Shown here in pieces: positions 12,929 to 23,531 of a stretch of DNA of 64,000 nucleotides (positions are counted from its first letter, which is position 1; each line of letters opens with the position of its first letter). The notes beneath the pieces are model-generated. The model ran no database searches and had not been told where the DNA came from. It saw nothing but the letters and a program-made list of their open reading frames with translations. The translations under genes and the position numbers were made by a program. The DNA is taken from the NCBI GenBank assembly GCA_965113315.1, contig OZ220367.1; one strand, given 5' to 3'. This stretch comes from Podarcis vaucheri. Lineage: Eukaryota.

Positions 12929-13170
12929 CAGTGGTACCTCGGATTAAGTACAGTGGTACCTCAGGTTAAGTATTTAATTCGTTCCAGAGGTCTGTTCTTA
13001 ACCTGAAACTGTTCTTAACCTTAAGCACCACTAATGAGGCCTCCTGCTGCCGCCGCGCCGCCGGAGCACGATTTCTGTTCTCATCCTGAAGCAAAGTTCT
13101 TAACCCAAGGTACTATTTCTGGGTTAGCAGGGTCTGTAACCTGAAGCGTATGTAACCTGAGGTACCACTG
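12929..13170 (-). mobile_element. Tc1/mariner (pogo/Tigger-like) MITE, family A copy 1, with a duplicated left TIR
   Basis: TIR CAGTGGTACCTC(A/G)GGTTA with TA TSDs. Homologous to 47203-47444 (inverted) and 62632-62873 (same orientation). Strand is relative only. Confidence 0.9.
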
Positions 13171-13515
13171 TACGTATAATTTACGTATAATTTCAGAATT
13201 CTTAGCTGCATATTACGAGAGACCTGGGGAATACCAACCCGGGTTCTGCAGAAAGGGGACTTCTGAGCCCGCGACTTTTACACGGACACATAATGGATTC
13301 TGTGCACACTGGAACACATAGGTATACATTTTTGTGTCTTTTTAGGCCCTGAAGACGCCATGTCAGTAAAAAGTGACATATGGCCTGGCCCCGAAAGAGG
13401 ATTTGTTTGTGTGAGCCCTGGTTCAAAAGATGATTTCTGGACATTATGCGATCAAAGCAGCACCTGCAGAACGAAAAAGTTAACGAAAAGAAGAAAGCGG
13501 GGAAAGGAAACTAAC

Positions 13516-13714
13516 CTCGGGTGCATCCTGGGGTTTCTGTGCATTGTCTTTTTCTTTCTTGCTCTTTTGGTGTTCATTTCTGATGCGTTTTGTTCCAGAC
13601 AATTTTATCTTACTTTCCCCCTCCTGGGCGACATTATCTTGTTTTCGAGGTTTCACAGGAGGCAGTGGCTTATCTTCTTCTCCTTTAATAAATCTCTCAT
13701 ACGGCAGGATTAAT
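13516..13714 (-). CDS. ARID5B: ARID5B exon 9 equivalent (199 nt): end of ARID domain, LILPYERFIKGEEDKPLPPVKPRKQ...PQDAPE
   Basis: Acceptor ttctttag|A TTA ATC and donor GAG|gttagt. Phase 2 in, phase 0 out. The peptide matches ARID5B. Confidence 0.96.
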
Positions 13715-14932
13715 CTAAAGAACGAATAATTGATCAGTTCTAGAAGTTCTCACCCAAAAGACCCAAATAAAATAAATGGCTGTAAGAAGTTCATTGTTAA
13801 AAACTGTTTTTTGAAAGAAAGAAAAAAACACTCAAAACTAGAAGTCAAAGATGTGCAGTAGGATTTGGAAGCTGTTTCTTCTTCTCAAACTGCTGCTGAA
13901 TCAAATTATTTCCTCTGTCTTTCACACATTTTGCAACCACAAAGCTGAGTTTGCCAACCTCTCAGATGATACACAGTTTCCTAAACATCTGTAATATTCA
14001 CACTTTACATGTTTAGCTATACAATGTGTCTTTATGTGTAAACCTAAAAATGGGATGGTTCTGATCCACTTCAATTTATTTGTGACCAAGTCCTATTGAA
14101 ACTTACAGGTTAGCTGATACTAAATTAAGTCACATAAATTCAATTTAATCTGCACTCCAATTCACACTTTCCTGGAAGTCGGTCTCATTAAAGTTACTTC
14201 TGAGTACACACCTAAAGCATTGCAGTGTTAGCCATAAGTAACTTTAGCTGGATCAGGTCCAACAAGTGACAACAAGCAGAACATTTTTTTAAAAATCCAT
14301 TGAGATAAATGAGATTATGAAGCCAAATGGAATCGCTGGAGATGAGCTACATATCTCCCCCACTACTTTAAATAGATCTTAATGGAAATACTTTGTATTT
14401 AGTTCTTTGGCCTGTTTAAACAGCAACCGACTTGAGTTACAGAACTTCCCAACAGCAGTGCCATATATACCCTGAAAGTACAGAAGTACAGAAAATAGCA
14501 AATAATCCCAACTGGAACCTCAGGGTGGATTGCGGTGTGAACAGGTCTTAAGGAACCTCACATGGGTCAGTTCAGGTCTTGGGTCTGAAGTCCTTAAATC
14601 TGCCTCCAAAACAGTGCAGACTAGACATGCTAGCTCCCTTCCAACCATTGTCTCTAGATGCCTCTTGCCTTCTCTTCTCTGCAATCCCCAGAGGGCTTTC
14701 CCATAACTATTTGGATTCTCAGAGCTACCTGCGTAAGTCAGAAGCTAGAGGAGCAGAGTGCAATGGGAAGGGGTGAAGACAAAACTCAACCCAGCAGGGT
14801 TGCACATAGAATCCCAGAAGCTGGGGAGGAGGGATGTGGCCCCTCCACCACCAAACATCAGCATATTCTGGACTGTATCATCTTGTATCCTCTATCCTGT
14901 GGGCTAGATATGGTTCCATCAGAAGATGGAAG

Positions 14933-15030
14933 CAGTCTTCTCCAACCTGTTTTGCCCTCCATATGTTGTTGGACTACAGCTCTTATCATGCCTGGCCCCT
15001 GTGGCTGATGGGAACTGTAGTCCAACTGGT
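14933..15030. mobile_element. Degraded palindromic hAT-type MITE
   Basis: Internal inverted repeat gttggactacag / ctgtagtccaac. Resembles 37120-37255. Confidence 0.55.
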
Positions 15031-17307
15031 ATAGAAACCTTGTACTAGAATAGGGCCCATTTTGTGAGCAAGAAGATTCCTCTTTCTCTAGGGAAAGGGG
15101 GAAAAGGGCAAGCAGTGTCTACCAGGTGGTAGTTGGCACAGTGGGCAGGAACAAAAACGATTTTAAGAGACAATTAGAGAATTTTAATTACAGAGTTTTG
15201 TCTTTCAAACCATGGAAAAATTGCTTGGGGGAGGAGACAGAGATGCTTCAATCTGATTCCCACCCCCCCTCCACAGAGTGCCTCTTGAAATGAGGGTAAA
15301 TAAGCAGTGTTATTAAAAAGAATGGATTGGCTTACAATCTGAGTTTCAGCTCCAGTGATTAAAGTTCTTATAATGCATTAAACATGATTAATGAATGACT
15401 CATAGCAGGAATAATGCATGACTCCGACTTTTAAAAATATGAACTTTAGTATGGCAAACATTTTTTTTTAAAAAACCCCCCACAATAGGTATCTGTTGAA
15501 GAAAATGGACGTTGCTTTTTAAACAGCATTAATCTGTTCAAATATCAGACTTCTTTAATTATAGCTTAATCTAAGAGTTCAAGATAGAAAACTCTTTTTG
15601 TTCAGGCACAGATTTTTTTTGTTATTCCAGAATCAGCTCCAAGCCATCCAGTTTTAATTTAGATGTTCAAACACAGTTTGGCTTCAAGAGAGCTGGGATT
15701 AGCTTGCTTGCGATGATAGTATTTCACATTTTAATAAAATACAACATAAATTATGTTAAAAAGTAAACCTCATTTATGCCATATTAGAAACAAAATTCAT
15801 GAACTGAGCATGCTCTGACATGGGTATGTGCAGAGAGGCGTGAATAATACTTTTGAGCCCTGAATTTGGCAGCTGGCCAGTAATGAAGCTAAAGCAATGC
15901 CCAAGGGGAATGCTGGTCCTCAGATCCCATTACAAACTGAGTTTAAACATGTTACAGCTGCTAAAACTGAAAACAGCTCTCTCTATGCAGGCTTAGCAAA
16001 ATAATACGGACTTTGCCAAATACTTGCTTCCCACTGTAACATTACGGTTAATGTTTATGTAATAAAAAAAGAAGCATAACAAGGCAGAATAAAAAAAGGG
16101 GGGGAGAGAAAGAAATACAATCTTGTTCATACTTGAGGCTGCTAAATTTCATTTGTAACAAGCACAAAATATTCAAGGCACCCTTGAACATCTTTTCCCG
16201 TGCCTGGGACTTGAAGCAAGAGGAGGCGAGGTTGGGTTTCATCCAGAGCAATATTTATATCTTTTTCTGCCATGTGTTAAATATTTAAAGAATCAGATTT
16301 AACCAAAATACTTTTTTTTTTTTTTGGTGGCAATAGTTGTTAACACTGCAGAAAGGATTGTTTGACTTTGTTTGGTTGCCATGGGAACAGGCAGCCCATT
16401 TGAAATCTACATGTTTCGTCGGTAAATGTTTCAAAAGCTGCTCATAGCTTTAAAATTAGAGGATGATACTCTGCCACCACTAGGCCTTTTAAATAAAATA
16501 TTCTGTGTGATTATCCTGGCGGTTAAAGCAGAAACGGGACAAAGGCCAGCCCTGATAAGATTAATCACTGTTAGCACTCTTTCTGAGAAACCCTTTTGTG
16601 TCAGTTTTAAATTTGACCACCAAAAAGACAACAGCTTCCTGCCTCTTTGTTGCCATATAAATCCCTGGAACTCATTAGGTCAGAGGATAATTAGGAGTCA
16701 TGGCTGATGAGAGTTCAACGTTACAGGAGGACGGGCCTGCTGTTTCCATTTTTGTGATTTTGCTTTTTTTCACTGAGCTCAGCAGTTGGCAGAGGCCACA
16801 GTGGCAAAAATACATTTCACATAGCTGGTCAAATGCCTAGTGCCAACAGCAGGAAATTTGGAATTAAATGTTTCTTGTATCTGGAGAGAGGCATGACTAA
16901 GGTAAAAATTGAATCAAAACACAAGCACGGCTTGTTCTACTTGCATCAGCTCCCCACCCTGGACAGAAAATTCTAATGCAATGCTATTTCTCTACAGTAA
17001 CGAGGTGGGGTTGTTGGTTTTCGGTTTTTTTAAGCAAAGTAAAAAAAAAAAAAAAGCAGAGAGCTTAGGAGGATTAAAATGAAGCCTAACGCTATGAACA
17101 ATTGCAAGTTGACAGAGAGGTTTCCATTTGCTAGAATTTTCACTCTGTGGTCCCCCCACCCTTCCTTGCCTTCAGTTGCCCTGTCACGGTACAACACAAT
17201 TACCCGCAGGATGTGATCTTATCATTTGATTATTAGAAGCTGTTATAGTACAAGGGAAATAAAGCTGGTGGAACATTCAAAGCTTCAGCTAACATACTAT
17301 TAGAACA

Positions 17308-17308
<1 letters not shown>

Positions 17309-17348
<40 letters not shown>
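17309..17348. repeat. (CA)20 microsatellite
   Basis: Read directly. Confidence 0.95.
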
Positions 17349-17351
<3 letters not shown>

Positions 17352-19211
17352 TATTTAGTCAACTGTATTTCGTCAACTGCAGGTCAATATTCTCCAAATC
17401 AGGCAGAATATGATTCTCTGCTTTAAAACTTCCCCCACAGAATGCAACACGCTTGAAATGAGCAGCTCAATTTTGTGCTAAATAGCTGTCGCTTAGGCGA
17501 TTTAAATCAACCTCGGTGCAAGATAAAAGGTGTTTCGCAAACATTAACAGAAAAAATGAACCACAATGTGTATAAACCCTCATGTACAAAAAAATATATT
17601 AGACTTTGAAAGAGTTTTCAGTGTCAGATGTTGGGAGAAGAGTTCCTGTATTCGTAAGAAGCAATCTTGCCGAAAAGCCTAAGAATGGGGATGTGGGTTT
17701 AACCATCGCTGCTGTTGTTGTTACGCATAAGAATATCATCAATATGCATTCTGCTTTGTGGAGTTTCATAAGCAAAAAGGAAAAAAAAGGCAGATTTTTG
17801 CCCTCAAGGAGATTACAGTCTAAATTTTGAGAAGAGGAAGACTACAGAGGAAACGCAGAGGAGGGGAGTACACAGCAAGAGGAGGGCATTTACTTCCACG
17901 TAACCCAGGGTTTGGGTCTGCAGGGCGGGGGTGGAACATGCCTTTATTATGAACGCAATGCCTACATTCAGATTAATAAAATGCATTATTTATAGGATAA
18001 TTAACATAACGAGAATGTGTAAGCAGTAGCGTATTAAAGAACAATCCTTCTGCAGGCAGCAGATTTCTGAACAGCACGGGGCTATTTTTTCCACTGGAAT
18101 AATACAAGAATAACATTTTCCAGCCCAGAGCAGAAACAGTAGGGAAGTCTTTGCCATCAACTGAGCTTCTGATTAAATTCAATGACTATGAAAAGCAAGA
18201 TTATCCTTTTTAAAAAATAAATAAAGGCAACTTAAAAATCAATACGAGCTGGATGAACAAATCAGTGTTTTATTAATCCTGACACAATCAGAGATACATT
18301 ACATTTAATTGTGGGTACTCCCCCCCTCTTTTAGCGGGGGTGGGGGGAGGAGAAAGATTTTGCTTGGCTAAATGTTGAATTAAATACTAGTGCCTAGTAT
18401 TCTGAGTTTTTAGCTTTCAGCATCCTCTGATGTAATGAAAAATTCAATGTACTTCTCCACAGCAGAAGTCAGAGGTCATCAAATCTATTACAGTAATGTA
18501 AGTAATCTGGCTTTCTGCCAGCCTTTTAAAAAAAAAGGGGGGGGGAGAACCATGGAGGCAGATAATTTTATATTTACAAATTCTAAAATCCTCTGGGGAT
18601 TTTGTCTCATCTCCAACAAAAGGCAGAAACTTCACATTAGAAAAATGTATTTTACAGCATGTCAAACATGTCTTCATCATTAGTATTTCATAAAAGGCAT
18701 TAACCACACAACTCTTATCCTTCATTAGCCAACATTCTTCTCCTGTGCCATGGGAAAAATGCAACTCAAAATCTTATGCGTGTGTGTGTGTTTTTTTTAA
18801 AAAAAACTAAAGTGATAAGTACTAATGTTTCATATACTGATTAATTCTTGTGCCAAGCCACTACTCTTCTAAGTCCAACTCTATTGCGCAGGAAATAGTG
18901 GACTGCATCTATTTATAGTAATAAAAATAAAAGGGGTTAGAAGAATAACTCTTGAGGGGGGAGCATGAAAGGAAAGGAAATCTGTAGTCAAGGCTGCCAG
19001 CTCCATATTTAACTCTTCATTGTGACCTCATTCTTATGCTATGGGAGTGGCGTTCTTCTCGCTTGACTCTGGCCTCACCCCTTGCTTTCTCTGAGTAAGG
19101 TAAAATATAGGAAACACACAGGAAGAACAAGCTCATGTTGGGAGAACTGGTGTCAATGATGGTTCCTACATTCTTCCATTACTGGAACTGCATGGGATCA
19201 TAAGTTCTTAC

Positions 19212-19691
19212 CATAGAATCATAGAGCTGGAGGGGGCTACAAGGGTCATCTAGTCCAGTGTTTTTCAACCTTTTTTGGGCAAAGGCACACTTGTTTCATG
19301 AAAAAAATCACGAGGCACACCACCACTGTGTGCGGAGAGGGAGATGTCAGAGCCCCGCTGCTCTCTATGGGGAATCGGATGAGAGCGGACCGCCTGTCCG
19401 CTCTCATCCGATGCCATCCGATCTGATCCCCACCCAGGACGGATGGAAAATAGGGTGGACACAGTCCGGCGCCCGCCTAGTGGGAGAAAATTTGACTTTT
19501 TTTAAAAAAAAAAATCTTTCGAATTTTTCAATTTTTCCCACGGCACACCAGGCAACATCTCACGGCACACTAGTGTGCCGCGGAACAGTGGTTGAAAAAC
19601 ACTGATCTAGTTCAACCCCTGCAGTGTAGTAATCTTTCGCCCAACGTGGGGCTCTGTGATTAAGAGTCTCATGCTCTACCCATTTGCGCTA
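19212..19691 (-). mobile_element. tRNA-Lys-derived SINE with CR1-type tail, split by a hAT MITE
   Basis: catagaatcatagag tail at the left and reverse tRNA-Lys-like head (cccaacgtggggctc...ttaagagtctcatgctctacc) at the right. Homologous to 38120-38270. Confidence 0.75.
19256..19604. mobile_element. hAT (Charlie-like) non-autonomous element nested in the SINE
   Basis: TIR cagtgtttttcaacc / ggttgaaaaacactg. TSD atctagtc / atctagtt. Confidence 0.9.
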
Positions 19692-21818
19692 CTCTGAGAT
19701 ATTGCAGGAAAGACTTTGGGCTCATCCAAAAACAGGGAGCTATCATGGCCCTGGTTCAGCAAAGGAATGAGGCCAAAAGCCTGCAGCCAGCTTTTGTGTG
19801 AACTCTGCCATCCCTGTTGGTTTGAGGAGGGCTTTTTACCTTTGCCCATTGCTCCCGCCTGTGTATCAAATGATTGGCATTGTTTTTCTTATAGCTCCAG
19901 CTGTGTCTCTTAGAGTAGCTCCATTGACTTTAGCAAAGTTCACTCTCAGGTAGCTTGGGCTCAAGGATCATGGGTAAAACTACTCATTTTGCAAGTCAGT
20001 TTTCCCCGATTCCTTCTTTTGCTGCCTATGATTGCTGCTGAAAACCTCTTCTCTGTGCATGTGATCCAAACAGTGGGTATACCTCTCCAAGGTTAATGTG
20101 CAAATGGCCCATGCGCCCATGCTTAGGCCAATGGACACATTAGAGACTTAAAAATTAGCCTCAAGGACCCAGTTTGTTTTCCACTGACAATGAATGGCTT
20201 TCTTAAGTGATTCAGATCTAAGGGAATACATAATCATCTTTCATGGGAATGATTCAATTGTCACAACACCCTTTTCTTACAGTGACAATAGTTTAAATTG
20301 ATAAAAAGGGGTGGGTGCTAGAAAAATGGCAGAAATTATAGCTTACCAATCCTTGCTGCAGAATAGCCAAGATGTCATTAAAGGAATATTGATAGCAATG
20401 TAAGAAATGTAGCCCCCAAAAATCTCTCAAACCAATATTCGAATTCCAGGTGAATCCTGTCTTTGCTAGGTTTCCTTGGTCAAGATTTCCTCAGTAAGGT
20501 CTCTAGAGGAATTTCCACACAAATGAGCTTAAAGCCCACACAAATGAGCTTATTTCCCACAAGCTGTGGGGCAGGATCCATTCTAGTCACAACTAATCCA
20601 ATTGGGCTTGCACGACAGCTACAGGGGTTACATCCACTTTTGTGTCGTAACAGCAAAGTAACTCCAAACTCCCACAACAACAGAAATACCTCTTTACTTA
20701 GAAACTCCCTGCTATGCTTTCTGTTTGTCAGTTATGGTCTGGAGTGTTGTGTGGAAGCCATCTAAACCTCAGTCTCAAGTTACTTGCTTGCAGAACCAGG
20801 TCAGCAACAATCTACTTCATCGGGTTACTGAATTAGGAAAAAACTATCTTCAGTTTCTAGAAAATACAACACAACAAAGAAACAAAGGTTTCCAACAGCC
20901 TATATGGAACTCGCCAGATATTCCAGAGGTTTTTGGGGGGAACAAGAGTTCAAAAGGCAACAGTACTAATATGGGTACACTGATTCATCATCAGCTTCCT
21001 CTGAAGCACTTTGAAGAGGCCATTTTCACAAACAAACTGTGCAGAGCAAATAGTGGGGGTGGGCAATTCCTTTTCAGAGGTGAAGTTGCATGATTCTATA
21101 AAACAGCAGTACAAGCAGGAAAACGAAACCTGCCTGGTAACCACTGCCCTTTCATGAGTCTTTCTACGATAAAAACAAGTTAGTGAAGATCACCTACAGT
21201 GATGGGGACTCTAGGATGATCAAGATGAATGGTGATGATTAAGAACAGATCAATAATACTGGCACCTCCATATGTATGAATGTTCTGTCTAGGACAGTTT
21301 TTCGTAAAGGAGATTTGCAGCGATAGATGTTGGCCTTTCTTTAGAGCTTCATATTAGTTCCAGCCACTGACCTGAAAGTATACCACTATTTTAAAGACAT
21401 TCTATCTTCACAGTACTGCATGAGCTCAAGGGAAGTGCCATTCCATACTGAATCAGGAAAGCAGCAGAATGCATTCGCAAACCTACTATTTATAGCTTGC
21501 AGCTTGAATCAGGGTAGCACACATTGCAACTGCAAGCCCTAACATCAGGAGCAGGTTGATGGGGGTACACACTAATGTGGATACTGAATTACTCATGTTC
21601 AGTAGGACATGCTAACAGATGGCACATGATATCTCTCCTAATATGCTTCTAACACAGGGGGGTGCCAATCAAAGCTAAGCATTTTTCACTCCCCTTGATT
21701 TTGATGGGAATATTTATTGATGCGCTTAACTTTCACACAGAAATCTGTATGCTTTCACACAGAACTTTCACACAGAAAGTATGCCTCCATCTGCACTATA
21801 TGTATAAAGCAGTATTCC

Positions 21819-22038
21819 ACTTCCCCCAAAGACTCCTGGGTACTGTGGTTTTTTAAGGGTGCTGAGGGTTGTGAGGCCACCTATGCAGCTCACAATGCTA
21901 CAATTCCCATAGTTCCCTGGGAAAGGGGACTGAGTGTCAAAAACACTGGGAACTGTAGCTCTGTGGGGTCTCCTAAACACCCTTAACAGACTACAGTTCC
22001 CAGAATTCTTTGGGGGAAGTCATGACTATTTAAAGTGG
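21819..22038. mobile_element. Palindromic MITE-like squamate repeat
   Basis: ~40-bp inverted arms acttcccccaaagactcctggg...ttaaggg / cccttaa...cccagaattctttgggggaagt. Confidence 0.7.
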
Positions 22039-22042
22039 GATA

Positions 22043-22380
22043 GCTGTGGTCTAAACCGCAGAGCCTAGGGCTTGCCGATCAGAAGGTTGGTGGTTCGAAT
22101 CCCTGCGACGGGGTGAGCTCCCCTTGCTCAGTCCCTGCTCCTGCCCACATAGCAGTTCGAAAGCATGTCAAAGTGCAAGTAGATAAATAGGTACCACTCC
22201 GGCGGGACGGTAAACGGTGTTTCCGTGTGCTGCTCTGGTTTGCCAGAAATGGCTTGGTCATACTGGCCACATGACCCGGAAGCTGTACACTGGCTCCCTT
22301 GGCCAGTAAAGCAAGATGAGTACTGCAACCCTAGAGTCATTCGAGACTGGATCTAATGGTCAGGGGTCCCTTTACTTTTA
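22043..22380 (+). mobile_element. Sauria SINE (subfamily 2), slightly 5'-truncated
   Basis: B-box ggttcgaatccc, core gcaagtagataaataggtacc, 3' tail cctttactttta. Confidence 0.9.
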
Positions 22381-23384
22381 CCCAACACTGCTTGACATGT
22401 ATAGTGCAGATGAAGCCTATGAGGCATCCATACATGTGTAATTTGATGCATGAAGATCAATCATTATTTTTCAAGTTTGGCTCATCTGCTATTAGCCTTA
22501 CTTTTGTCGGACTACAGATAAGAGGCCCAGTGTGTGTACACACACCATGCCTGATCCTGCCGTCCTACCACACATAAAGGGTGTTTATCGAAGGTATGCA
22601 TAACTAGGACTTTCATACGTAATACGTTTGCATTGTGGCTGCTTAAGTTAGCAAACTGAAGCAAGCCCCCCCCCCCAGCTGCGACCTTTCCTGCTGTGGC
22701 TGCAACAGAGAAGAGGTTGAATACCATATACTGAAGACTGTATTTGCAAAATTTTCCTGCTCAGAACTTCAATATTGCTCCCAAAGCACAACCTAACTTA
22801 ACATTCTGAAGGTTTGTTTTAAATTCCCTGATTGTGCGCGTATATAAAGAAGTTTCTTCGTTCACAAGGAGAACTTGTACTGATCTGTAGCTCAAATCAA
22901 ACACGTATATTACTGGCCAAACCAACCACAGCTTTGCTTTGTTCGCAAACAATGCTACCTCATTCCTTGCAGAAAGCTCTCTTTATTCCTTTAATCGGGG
23001 ACTTGTACTGAAGCCCAGTAGGGAAGGTTGCCAAGTACCTCACATACGACCAAAAAATGGGAAGGCGGCATATATGGAAAAGAAAGTCACTAAAACTTCA
23101 CCTAACACTGTCCTTGGGCTTCCATAGACCCTGCCTGCATCCAGTTCTGATCTGAAGGCTATTTTCAGTTTCCCCACAATATTCAGACAAAGAAGCCCAG
23201 AGAACGAGGAAAGCTTATTCTTGAGACTTAAGCTATGTAAACATTAGAGGCTTAAAAAGCAGTGAGGTTGTTTCACCCTTGTAGTGTTTCAGCACATTTT
23301 TATTTTGCTGCACAAACCGTGAGCGGGTGGGGATGTCTTCACCTGAAGTACATTGCCTGATGTGTCTTGTCATGCCCACAACCC

Positions 23385-23531
23385 CAGTGGTGTAGCGTGG
23401 GTTGTCAGCACCCGGGGCAAGGCAAGTAATTTGTGCCCCCTAACCCATGGATTTGCGCCCCCTAACCCTAACCCCCAGATGTTGCACCCGGTGCAGCCGG
23501 GCCCCCCTGCACCCCTCACGCTACGCCACTG
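23385..23531. mobile_element. Young hAT-type MITE containing CCCTAA repeats
   Basis: TIR cagtggtgtagcgtg / cacgctacgccactg with a perfect 8-bp TSD cacaaccc. Confidence 0.9.
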
